From positions 456,727-520,726 of the forward strand of contig CP064960.1 of NCBI GenBank assembly GCA_016699105.1: a stretch of DNA of 64,000 bases, in the 5' to 3' direction. Source of the stretch: a bacterium (GTDB lineage: Bacteria > Patescibacteriota > Saccharimonadia > UBA4664). Made by a program: the position numbers and the translations under genes. A model generated the notes under the pieces. The model searched no databases. It had not been told where the DNA came from and worked only from the letters and a program-made list of their open reading frames with translations. Shown in pieces: positions 31,634 through 41,232 of this stretch; positions within the stretch are counted from its first letter, which is position 1, and every line of letters begins with the position of its first letter.

Positions 31634-33250
31634 GTGACCTGGTCGGCAGATGCTCAATTTGGCGACGTTGCTGTTAACGCGGCGCTCGTGTTATCACGCT
31701 CCTTGGGACAGCCACCGAGAGAACTTGGTGCGACATTGGCCGAAGCGCTCCAGGCGCTGCCATACGTAGCTCAGGCGACCGTAGCCGGGCCTGGATTTGT
31801 AAACCTGACACTGACTGATAGTTTACTTGGTCAGGCAATGGTTGAGGGCTTGCAGGCGAAAGGTGATGAAGGGCGCAAGGTATTAGTTGAGTATTCGGAC
31901 CCAAATGCTTTTAAACCGATGCATGCCGGACACCTTTACACCACGCTGGTTGGGGACATGATCGCCAGATTGCTCGAACGCCGCGGTAATACTGTGGTGC
32001 GTCTCAACTATGGTGGTGACGTTGGCCTACACGTGGGAAGGGCAATGTGGGGCATTATTAAAGAACTTGGCGGTGAAAATCCTGAGCATTTAGACGATGT
32101 AGCTGGAGCTGACAAAGCGGGATGGATGGGGGCTTGTTATGCCCGGGGCTATGCGGCTTATGAAGATGATGAACAGGCGAAGCGGGAAATTATGGAATAT
32201 AACCGCCGAGTTTATGAATTACAGTTAACCGGTGATAAAGAGTCGCCGTTTGCTCAAATCTATTGGACGTGCCGAGAGTGGAGCTATGAAAATTTCCGAA
32301 AACTATACGTGGAACTACAAGTGACACCCTTTGACCGTTTTATTCCCGAGAGTGAAGTAACGCAACTTGGTATTGACGTCGTAAATCAGCAACTGGCAGC
32401 CGGAGTGTACGAAAAAAGCGAAGAGGCTATCGTGTTCCACGGTGAGACCCATGGATTACATACAAGAGTATTTATAACTTCACAAGGGTTACCGACGTAT
32501 GAGACCAAAGATGTTGGACTCTTGCTGACGAAATGGCGTGATTATAAGTTTGATGAATCGTTGGTCATTACGGCCGGTGAACAGGCTGATTATATGGCTG
32601 TCATGCTCAAAAGTGTTGAACAATTTGAACCTGAGCCAGCTCGGCGAACGCGGCATTTGACTCATGGGTTACTCAAACTTTCCGGCGGAGTCAAAATGAG
32701 TTCACGACAAGGTAAGGTTGTAACGGCTCTTGAGATTTTGGCGGCTGCCCGGGAAGCTAGTCGGTTATCGGGTCGAAAGGTAGAAGAATATACTAATTTG
32801 GCGGCGGTGAAATACGCGTTTGCTAAAAACCGCTTAGCTGGCGATATCGAATACGATGCGCGCGAGTCAGTGGCATTAGATGGCAATAGCGGTCCTTATC
32901 TACAATATGCTCATGCTCGAGCGCGGAGCATATTGGCTAAAGCGACGGTTCCGGTAAGGACAGCCGAGAATTATTCACTTGGTGACCAGTTTGATCCGAC
33001 AGAACGGCAATTCGGGCGTCAGTTGGCTCAATATGCCGATGTCTTGATGGAAGCTGCAGACGAGTTGGCAATTCATAAGCTCTGCACCTATCTCTATGAT
33101 ACGTGCCAACAGTTCAATCGATTTTATGAGCAAACACGGGTCATCGGCTCTGATCGTGAGTCGGTGCGGCTTGGTATTGTCCGATGTTATGCGGATATCT
33201 TACGGGACGGCTTGAGTTTGCTGGGCATAGTGGCACCAGATTCTATTTGA
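31634..33250 (+). CDS. argS: Arginyl-tRNA synthetase (annotated start likely truncates the N-terminus)
   Basis: HAGH (HIGH) motif, ArgRS core and C-terminal DALR domain. The in-frame upstream region (31541-31633) translates to ArgRS-like N-terminal sequence but has no canonical start codon. Confidence 0.9.
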   Translation: MTWSADAQFGDVAVNAALVLSRSLGQPPRELGATLAEALQALPYVAQATVAGPGFVNLTLTDSLLGQAMVEGLQAKGDEGRKVLVEYSDPNAFKPMHAGHLYTTLVGDMIARLLERRGNTVVRLNYGGDVGLHVGRAMWGIIKELGGENPEHLDDVAGADKAGWMGACYARGYAAYEDDEQAKREIMEYNRRVYELQLTGDKESPFAQIYWTCREWSYENFRKLYVELQVTPFDRFIPESEVTQLGIDVVNQQLAAGVYEKSEEAIVFHGETHGLHTRVFITSQGLPTYETKDVGLLLTKWRDYKFDESLVITAGEQADYMAVMLKSVEQFEPEPARRTRHLTHGLLKLSGGVKMSSRQGKVVTALEILAAAREASRLSGRKVEEYTNLAAVKYAFAKNRLAGDIEYDARESVALDGNSGPYLQYAHARARSILAKATVPVRTAENYSLGDQFDPTERQFGRQLAQYADVLMEAADELAIHKLCTYLYDTCQQFNRFYEQTRVIGSDRESVRLGIVRCYADILRDGLSLLGIVAPDSI

Positions 33251-34388
33251 GCGGTACTTTGGCGAGGGCAGAATCGGTTAGGACATAGAATTGTTTGGAC
33301 GTCGGACTATAGATAGCGTCTTGGATTCCGGTGAGTTCGTTAGGTTTGAGCTGGTAGCTATAAGCCAGTTTCGTAGCAGTTTTATCGAAGATTATAATGC
33401 GGTCAGATTGAAGATTGACAGCTGACATCACAGTGGCCGTCTCGAGGGTTCGCAATTTACTCAGTTGAGTCATAGCCATTGGTAAAGCGGCTGCTCGTTT
33501 AACAGTTCCTGACAGCAACTCGGTCAGTTGCTCGGCATTTAAGACATAAACTGAGCCGTCTATCGATAAGTTTGTTGCTCCACTCGCTGGGCCTGTCAGT
33601 TGAGCATAGGTAGTGCGAGGCGAGAAGCCGCTGGAACTACGAACAAATTTATACACAGTGTTGTCGGATAAGATATAAACATTTGAGGCATAGGCAGCGA
33701 TGGCCGTACCTGCTGGCCAACTGCCATACGATATGATCGATTCGGTGAGCTTATCGGTACTGATTTGATAAAACCAAACTGACGGCTTGTCGGTTAGAAT
33801 ATACACGCCATCACCATTTGGGGCGGCAGTGGTAGCAGTGATAGTACCAATGCCACGGACATTGGCGGTGCTGGTGGTAATACTTCCAGAAGTTGGATTG
33901 ATGATGTGAATTGCTGGTTGATCGCCACCAGCGAACAAATATAACTTGGCACTCACAAGCTCGAAGTGCTTAGCGGAAATGTTGGCATCTTTGAGGTTTT
34001 TAATGATCGTGGGCTCGACATTAATGAGTCCGATTAGCTGGTCAAGCCGTTGTTGTAAAACTTGCGCCATAGCTGCATAGGTTCTGGGCTCACCATCTCG
34101 GAGATTGGAATTTGCCAGTGCTTTGTTGATGGTGGATTCAGATGATTTAAATGTGCCGTAGCGCTCCTGCAGCTTGATGAGCTCCTGTACGGTGGACTGG
34201 CTATTGTTCTGATCAACTGGCAGTCGCTGATAGGTGGTAAAAATTTCTTGATATTGCTTGAATTGGGTACGAGACTGAGTCGACTGATGATTTTGCCACA
34301 TCCACCATGACGCGAGAGCGATGATTAGGACGGCCAATATGGCTAGAATTCGCCGACGCTTACTCGAGCGCAAGGCTAGGCGAGACAT
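33243..34388 (-). CDS. Hypothetical membrane-anchored extracytoplasmic protein (beta-rich)
   Basis: Basic N-terminus plus a TM helix, then 340 aa with repeated hydrophobic/Gly beta-strand-like segments; no motif. Confidence 0.4.
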   Translation of the reverse strand: MSRLALRSSKRRRILAILAVLIIALASWWMWQNHQSTQSRTQFKQYQEIFTTYQRLPVDQNNSQSTVQELIKLQERYGTFKSSESTINKALANSNLRDGEPRTYAAMAQVLQQRLDQLIGLINVEPTIIKNLKDANISAKHFELVSAKLYLFAGGDQPAIHIINPTSGSITTSTANVRGIGTITATTAAPNGDGVYILTDKPSVWFYQISTDKLTESIISYGSWPAGTAIAAYASNVYILSDNTVYKFVRSSSGFSPRTTYAQLTGPASGATNLSIDGSVYVLNAEQLTELLSGTVKRAAALPMAMTQLSKLRTLETATVMSAVNLQSDRIIIFDKTATKLAYSYQLKPNELTGIQDAIYSPTSKQFYVLTDSALAKVPLK

Positions 34389-34399
34389 AGCTGCTAAAC

Positions 34400-35299
34400 T
34401 CAGGCCAAATTTGCGGATGATGGGTTTGAGTTTTGATGAGTTTTATGGAGTTGTTTCAGGGCGCGACGGCTATTTTGCTGCACGAACAGACTACTTTGTT
34501 TAATGGTATCGGTCGCAGCTGGTACGGCGATCTGTTTAACAGCTTCAGCAGCATTAGCCGGCGTTCCGACGGTAACTTCGGTTGGTTTGGAGTCAAGAAC
34601 TTGGCTGGCTGCTAGTTCGGGAGTGGTGATTTCAGTAATAATTGCTGCTACCCGGTCGGCCGCGAGCTTATCTATTAATTGACCTAACTCTGCAATCGCT
34701 GTAGTAGGTGAGTGGTGGCTGACTGTAGCGGTGAGCTTAGCAGCTGACACATGGTGGACGAGAGCGGGCGTGGCTAAGAGAATTCGGTCGCCCGTTTCGA
34801 GCTCGCCAGATGCTACTACGCCAAACGTTCTGGTAGGTGTGCTCGATCGCGGACTAGCGTCTGAGGTCATATTGGTTGGCTGATGGTGTCGATAAATAAT
34901 ACCTTCAGCTGATCCGGTATGTGTAATATGAATTTCATTTCCTACCACGATCGCTAAGATGGCGCTTATTTTACCGATCCAGGCAGCATTGCCTTTGTCG
35001 ACATAAGCAGCTAATTGGCGATTAGTTTCCTTGACTGCTTGTTCAAAGCGGGCTAGGGGAAATGGTTGGTTAGCTTGGTTGTAATAGTAGTTACCGAAGG
35101 TCTCGATGACTAGATCTATGAGATTTTCCGATTGACGGCCGGGAACAAGGACTTCGGCGACACAATATAGATTGCCCAGCTCGGCGGCTGGATTATCGGC
35201 TGTCGGTTCATGACTATAGGCTGTCACAAAACTACCACCATGACGTGGGCGTCGGCGGTACGGAGTAATTTTGGCGCTGTTGGTGATAAAATCTGTCAT
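34400..35299 (-). CDS. PP2C/SpoIIE-like domain protein (apparently degenerate metal site) with Ala/Thr-rich tail
   Basis: Weak but consistent PP2C-like blocks (ILAIVVGNEIHITHTGSAEGIIYRHH; GDRILLATPALVHHVS) without the canonical DGxGG/GDSR aspartates. Confidence 0.4.
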   Translation of the reverse strand: MTDFITNSAKITPYRRRPRHGGSFVTAYSHEPTADNPAAELGNLYCVAEVLVPGRQSENLIDLVIETFGNYYYNQANQPFPLARFEQAVKETNRQLAAYVDKGNAAWIGKISAILAIVVGNEIHITHTGSAEGIIYRHHQPTNMTSDASPRSSTPTRTFGVVASGELETGDRILLATPALVHHVSAAKLTATVSHHSPTTAIAELGQLIDKLAADRVAAIITEITTPELAASQVLDSKPTEVTVGTPANAAEAVKQIAVPAATDTIKQSSLFVQQNSRRALKQLHKTHQNSNPSSANLA

Positions 35300-35366
35300 C
35301 TTAACTCTTCAACGATTTGACCTTATGCTTAGTATAACCCATTTGCTGTTGTACACTGTAGGCTAT

Positions 35367-38281
35367 ATGGCTAGTTCCGATATCCTCACAGGGCTCAATG
35401 CCCAACAACTTCAAGCAGTCAGTCATATTGATGGCCCCATGCTGGTGGTGGCAGGCGCTGGCACTGGAAAGACCCAGGTAATTACCAGAAGGATCGCTCG
35501 TTTAATAGCTGATGATGCCGCCAAGCCGTCTCAAATCTTGGCTCTGACCTTCACTGAGCGGGCGGCTCGGGAAATGCAGGAGCGGTTATATGACCTGATC
35601 GGGTGGCAATCGTTTCAAGTAGCCGTTATGACTTTCCACGCCTTTGGCGCAGAGCTGTTAGCACGATATGGATCGCACATTGGTCGTTCAACTCGAGGGG
35701 GTTTACTTAACGATAATCAAAAATCGTTGTTATTAAGTCAACATTTTTCGAGTATTTCACTTGAATACTATAAGCCCGGCCAAGCTATGATGGAGTTTAT
35801 CCAAGATGTTGTAGCCTATATTGGTCTCCTACAGAATGCTGGTATAACCAGTGAAACGTATTCAAAATACACAAGTATGCTCGATGCCGATCAACCACAA
35901 CTACATCCATTTGACCGGGCAGAGCAGCGTGATCTAGCAAAAATTTACTCACTCTACGAGCACATCAAAACGAAAACGGGTACATTTGATTACCATGACC
36001 AAATGGAATTACCGCTCAAAATCTTAAGCGCCAAACCAAATCTGGTAACGCGATTGCGAAACGAGTATCGACACGTACTCGTTGATGAATATCAAGACAC
36101 CAATGCCACTCAGGATTTATTACTGAGGCAGTTAGTGGGTGAGCAGGGTAATATATTTGCGGTTGGCGATGATGACCAGGCTATCTATGGGTTTAGAGGT
36201 GCTGACATATACAATATTTTAGACTTTACCAACCATTTTAGACTGAATCAGGCTGTAGCCCTGGTTCAAAACTATCGCTCCGGGCAATCAATTTTAGATA
36301 TTGCCTATCGATTGATTTGCTACAACAATCCTGAGCGCCTGGAAGCAAAGTTAGGCATTGATAAGCAATTGAAATCGCAAAAGCAGGCGGCAACTGTGAT
36401 GTATAACATGTATTCAACTGTCACTGATGAACATCAGGGTGTTGTTGACGATATTAAGCAGCGACTAGATAGGGGTGAGTTGCCGCAAAGCATGGCAGTG
36501 CTTGCGACAAAGCATACGACCCTGGCAGCTGTCGCCAAACTACTGCGAGTTCGGGGCGTATCGTACAATTTGGCAGAGTCTGTGAGTATATTTGAGCAAC
36601 CTGAACTCCTGACTTTGTGGTACTTATTACAATGGATATCGGGTGATGCTGATGAGGTAGCCATTAGCCATGTCTTAATAGGGAAGTACCTGAATTGGCC
36701 TGCAGATCAGTATGAACAAGTAGCTTCATTGGCTCGCGATCAATCTCTTGGTCTGGAAGAAGCGCTAGAACAGATTGATACTGATTGGTCGAAAAAAATA
36801 CGCAGTCAACTGCGTCAATGGCGACAATGGTCAAGTGAGTTGCCTATAAGCCAACTCGTTTACCGGCTGGTATTTGAGACAACAACGGCTGATACGTGGC
36901 GACAACAGTCGCACGAGAGTCCTCGTATGGTGAGAGTATTTGAGGACTTGCAAAGGTGGCTGGAACATATGCAAGACTTTGAGACTGTCAGTGATGACGG
37001 ATCACTGCGCCGGTATTTAGCATTTTATGCGACACCACCAAAACTTGAAGCTACGGAACCAGTGGGCGATGCCGACGGAGTATCGTTGTTAACTGTTCAT
37101 GCGTCGAAAGGTCTCGAATTTGAGACTGTTTTCTCATTGATTGCAGCCATTCTAGTTGGACTGGCAAATCGGTGCGCGGATGGGAGATACCACCGACACT
37201 CATTAATAAGCGAGCTTTGGCTCCCGAGCATGAATATCGACGGCTCATGTATGTGGCCATAACTCGTGCTAAACAAAATCTTGTTGTGAGTTTTGCAACA
37301 AAAACTCGTAATGGTTCGCGAAAAATGCCGACCCCTATGCTGGCCGAAGCTTTTGGTGATCAGCAGCCAACTCAACTTGCGAGTGATGTGCAGTCTGACA
37401 AAGTGAGTCAATTAATGACGAAACTACAACGTTTTTATCCCCTGCAAGCTAGTGCGACGCCGCAGCGATTGCCATATGAACGGGCTGATGGTTGGCTGGA
37501 ATTGAGTGTGACTGCTCTCGCCCAATACGATTATTGTCCCTTTGAATTTTACCTGCAGGAAGGATTGCGGCTCGTTCAGCCGATTGGTCCTCAGCTGCAA
37601 TTTGGTAATTTGTTGCATAAAGTCTTCGAATTATATTATCGAGCTAAACAGGCCGGCGAGTCTGCGACTACTCAAAACTGGCATCAATTTATCGATGAGC
37701 AGTGGTCAGATCGCGGGTATGAGCAAGCAAATCTAGCGGAAGCCGACAGGCTGTTGGCGCATCAGACATTTGACGCTTACGTAAAACGGGAAACATCTAC
37801 TAGCCGCCGGCCGATGGGTTTTGAAGTGCCTGTACGATTTGAAATGCCGGAAGCAAAATTGCGGATGCGTGGCAAAATTGATGCTATCTTCCAAGTTGAT
37901 GACGGTTTGAGTTTGCGTGATTATAAGACAGGGCGATCGGTGACGACTGCTGATAAGTTAGCGATGAAAGCCAAAAACAATTTTCAATTACGTACCTATG
38001 CTCTGATTGCAGCTCGGACCGGTATGGGGGAAGTGGTTGAAATAGTTCTCGATCATGTCGTTGTTGGGGTGGAAGGCATCGCCAACTTGAGCCCAAAAAT
38101 AATGGCAAATCATCATGATAAATTGCTAAAAATGGCTAAAAATATTCGTGATCGTCAATTTGCTCCTGCTTCCGAGGGTGGGCATGTTTGCCAAGCGGTG
38201 CGGTATTATGGAACTGGTGAACGCGACGAATTAGCCGAAGAATTGATGAGAGAATTGGTAGATGCAGATGAAAGCTCGTGA
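35367..38281 (+). CDS. UvrD/PcrA-like SF1 helicase fused to a C-terminal PD-(D/E)XK (RecB/Cas4-like) nuclease; frameshift near 37150-37175
   Basis: Helicase motifs I (AGAGTGKTQV), II (VDEYQD), VI (VHASKGLEFE ... YVAITRAK). The second frame continues into a nuclease domain (YDYCPFEFYL; GKIDAIFQVDDGLSLRDYKTG). Confidence 0.75.
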
Positions 38282-38747
38282 TGAGCGCTGGTTACAGCAA
38301 ATTCTAGATAAAGTCTGGGATACCTGTTTTGCTGACGTGGTGCAAGATAATGATGTTCGCATTGGCTATGGGCGCAAAGCCAAAAGACGCCTGGGATCAA
38401 TATCATTGGATCCGCAAGACCGGACCATTAGCCTCATTACTATCAACCCATTGTTTCGACGCGAAGATGTACCCGAGTATGTAGTTGAAGCCACGATTTT
38501 TCATGAACTGACACATTATGCTCATGGCTTTAACTCGCCGCTGGCGCAAGCCCAAGTACACCCGCACGCCGGTGGTGTGATGCGGCGCGAATATGCCGAA
38601 CGGGGCATGCTTGATCTCTATCAATTGCAAAAACGCTGGCTCAAAGATAATTGGCCGCGGATTATAGCGGAAGAGTTTCCGCGACGAAGCCAGGCACGGC
38701 TGACGAGCGGGGAAGTCAAGTTGCCCAAGCCTTTTTGGTGGGCGTAA
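38262..38747 (+). CDS. SprT-like/DUF45-type HExxH zinc metallopeptidase-like protein
   Basis: IFHELTHYAHG (HExxH...H) in a ~160 aa protein immediately downstream of the helicase-nuclease. Confidence 0.5.
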   Translation: MQMKARDERWLQQILDKVWDTCFADVVQDNDVRIGYGRKAKRRLGSISLDPQDRTISLITINPLFRREDVPEYVVEATIFHELTHYAHGFNSPLAQAQVHPHAGGVMRREYAERGMLDLYQLQKRWLKDNWPRIIAEEFPRRSQARLTSGEVKLPKPFWWA

Positions 38748-38814
38748 GAAGTCCGCGTTCTAGTATTAGTAGTGTAATTGCGGTATGATTTGCTGGTTGA
38801 AATTGACTTGATGT

Positions 38815-38890
38815 CGGGGTGTGGCGCAGTTGGTAGCGCGCAGCGTTCAGGACGCTGAGGTCGGAGGTTCGAGTCCTCTCACCCCGACCA
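38815..38890 (+). tRNA. Type-I tRNA with tRNA-Pro-like body (C1:G72, A73) but anticodon CAG (Leu codon CUG)
   Basis: 76 nt. Positions 1-26 are identical to the tRNA-Pro at 9084. Anticodon stem CAGCG/CGCUG is fully Watson-Crick, loop UUCAGGA gives U33, anticodon CAG, G37. Variable loop AGGUC is short (not the long arm of bacterial tRNA-Leu). T-loop UUCGAGU, CCA encoded. Confidence 0.85.
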
Positions 38891-39176
38891 TTTATACATT
38901 ACGAGTTTTGACGATATATACGCCGAGACGGTTACTGACAAACTTAAATACATACTTTCTAGGTGGTGGCGCGGAGTTGTTCAATGGTGGCAGGGTTGTG
39001 CTTGAAGCAATACTTTCTACTGCTCATGGCATTGGATTTGCAACTACATCCAGATATAGTTTTACTCCTGCAAATCATATCGTATTAAAACTCAAGTAGT
39101 ATGTGGCGGTGCAGGCGCTGGCTTTCATCCATTTGTCAGCGGTGTTACTATTTCAGCCGCCTGTTACAATCATGGG

Positions 39177-40031
39177 GTGGAATGGTATATATACGTTCTA
39201 ATTAACTTATTGACTGCGTCGTTGATAGTACCACTTCAACGCGTACTGTTGCGCAAAAAAGGCAGCGACCCGGTTGCCTTTATCGTTGTTTCGCAGATTT
39301 TAACAGGCCTCGTCTTATTGCCATTTGTTTTAACTCATGGCTTTGAGATGCCGGATGTTAGAAAGTACGGTTTGCTTATAGCAGCTATGTTCGGATTGTA
39401 CTGTATCGGTCATGTACTTTATGCCCAGACTCTCAAAAAAGTCGAAGCATCAGTTTTTCAAACGCTTCTGAATACAAGCACGATTTGGGTTGTCCTAATG
39501 GGCTATATAGTGCTTAAAGAGCACTTTAATCCGATGGACCTATTTGGAACTGCTGTAATCCTTGGGAGTGTAGGTATGCTGATTGAGCGTAAATCAGGCA
39601 GCAAGCTCACGTTGGAGCGGTCGATACTTTTAGGTTTACTGGTCGGGTTGATATTCGGTGTTGCATCAGCCCTCTGGGTTTATATAGGCAAGCACTCTGA
39701 TGTACTGTCATGGACAATGCTAAGTTTCTTTGGAACACCAGTAATTATTGCTATTGTTCGACCAAAGACATTCAAGGGTACTCGATACTACTTCAAAGGT
39801 AAGGTATTGGCCAATATGCTTATACTGGCATTGGTATGGGCATTCGATAACCTTGCTTCACTCGCTGCTTATAAAACAGGCACAGTTGCCGTAGTTGCAC
39901 CTTTGCTCCAAACCAGTGTGGTTCTGAGCGTCATAATTTCAATCATATTCTTAAAAGAACGCACCAACTTAAAACAAAAGATCGCTGCGTCGGTAGTTTG
40001 TTTTATAGGAGTTTTGTTGCTTGTTGCTTAG
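39177..40031 (+). CDS. EamA/DMT-family 10-TM transporter
   Basis: 284 aa, two EamA-like repeats of ~5 TM each. Confidence 0.75.
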   Translation: MEWYIYVLINLLTASLIVPLQRVLLRKKGSDPVAFIVVSQILTGLVLLPFVLTHGFEMPDVRKYGLLIAAMFGLYCIGHVLYAQTLKKVEASVFQTLLNTSTIWVVLMGYIVLKEHFNPMDLFGTAVILGSVGMLIERKSGSKLTLERSILLGLLVGLIFGVASALWVYIGKHSDVLSWTMLSFFGTPVIIAIVRPKTFKGTRYYFKGKVLANMLILALVWAFDNLASLAAYKTGTVAVVAPLLQTSVVLSVIISIIFLKERTNLKQKIAASVVCFIGVLLLVA

Positions 40032-40117
40032 AAGTATGTTACTAGTTCTTTTACTTCCTTTCGACCTAGATGTAGAGTAAAAAAATATCTATTTGCACTT
40101 ATTTATATATGGATGAG

Positions 40118-40160
40118 CCCGGAGTCATTAGGCAACATGGTGCGTTGCAATGACTCCGGG
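40118..40160. terminator. Bidirectional hairpin between convergent genes
   Basis: CCCGGAGUCAUU - 19 nt loop - AAUGACUCCGGG, a 12-bp perfect stem, lying between the EamA gene (+) and the 40184..40516 gene (-). Confidence 0.4.
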
Positions 40161-40183
40161 ACTTTTGTAAGGGCGATAGCAGA

Positions 40184-40516
40184 TTAGCCTGCCATCGTCT
40201 TTTTGATATTCCTGAATTCTTTGAAAGCCGTGTAAGGCCACACGAAGCTCAGAACGAACAGGACAGGCGCAGCGAAGACGACCTTCATTGCGGTTTCATT
40301 TGGTAGCCACCCTCCTTCAGAATTGAAGAGCATAGCAATAATCTGCCCCCAACAAATGACGAGGCCCAACGGATAGAACAACATCATAATTGGTAGGGCG
40401 AGCAAAGGACGATCTTGCAGCCACTTAGGAATGCCGATTCCATTGATCAACATGATTGATCTCACTACCTCTCGGTCGGGTACGCATATGATACGAGGAT
40501 AGATTAATTTTAGCAA
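40184..40516 (-). CDS. Hypothetical small membrane protein
   Basis: 2-3 predicted TM helices; no motif. Confidence 0.35.
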   Translation of the reverse strand: MLKLIYPRIICVPDREVVRSIMLINGIGIPKWLQDRPLLALPIMMLFYPLGLVICWGQIIAMLFNSEGGWLPNETAMKVVFAAPVLFVLSFVWPYTAFKEFRNIKKTMAG

Positions 40517-40742
40517 TTACTATTTATACAAAAGTTACGAGAGTAATGAACAGTCAGGCTAACTTATTAACTGTGTCGTACAATGTTGTTCGGCGCGGTT
40601 TGTTCGGTAGATTAGGCTGAGTTTTCCACATGATGTGTACAACCATCATCTGTTTATGTCTCATTGTGGGCTGAATATAGCGCCAATAGTTTCTATTCAT
40701 ATCGAGAGAATAGGGGATAATGGGTATATTTAACTAATACTA

Positions 40743-40771
40743 TTGACCCCTAAATGATTTAGGGGTATATT
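40743..40771 (+). promoter_or_regulatory. Sigma70-like promoter (TTGACC-17-TATATT) with an embedded 9-bp inverted repeat, candidate MarR operator
   Basis: TTGACCCCTAAATGATTTAGGGGTATATT. The palindrome CCCCTAAAT-G-ATTTAGGGG fills the spacer; the marR ATG is 5 nt downstream of the -10. Confidence 0.45.
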
Positions 40772-40775
40772 GTTT

Positions 40776-41207
40776 ATGGAGTTCAATGTGCAGGTAAGGA
40801 ATTCTCAATTCGAGAAGTCTCTTCTCAACAAAATCGCCCGGCTGGCTACCAGCCTCGAGCGAGAGGTGGAAAAGGAGTTAAAGGTCAGCTTCGCGCTGAC
40901 CTTTTCTCAATTCCGAGTCCTCAACGCGCTCGGGACACTTGGTGAAGCCAGTCAGTCGTCGTTGGCAGCCGGATTAGAGGTGACCCCGGCTGTGGTTACG
41001 CGCCAAGCTGAAGTGCTGGCGGCGCGAGGCTTGTTAGTGGCGACCTTAAATCCGCGGAGTAAGCGGGAAAAAGTATTGCGGCTGACACCAAAGGGCGAGG
41101 ATGCAGTGGTTGAAGCTGGACGGGTGGTCCTCGACCGGCAAAAATTGATATTGGCAGATTTGAGTTTGAAAGATGAAACGGCGTTTGAACGGGGATTGAG
41201 GCAATGA
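40776..41207 (+). CDS. MarR-family transcriptional regulator
   Basis: LTFSQFRVLNALGTLGEASQSSLAAGLEVTPAVVTRQAEVLAARGLL wHTH. Confidence 0.75.
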   Translation: MEFNVQVRNSQFEKSLLNKIARLATSLEREVEKELKVSFALTFSQFRVLNALGTLGEASQSSLAAGLEVTPAVVTRQAEVLAARGLLVATLNPRSKREKVLRLTPKGEDAVVEAGRVVLDRQKLILADLSLKDETAFERGLRQ

Positions 41208-41232
41208 GCCGGATACTACAAGGGGGAGCGTC

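Noticed and set aside
38821-39099. 92-aa ORF on + strand
   Set aside because: Begins inside the tRNA at 38815-38890 and continues through non-coding sequence; an artefact of ORF finding.
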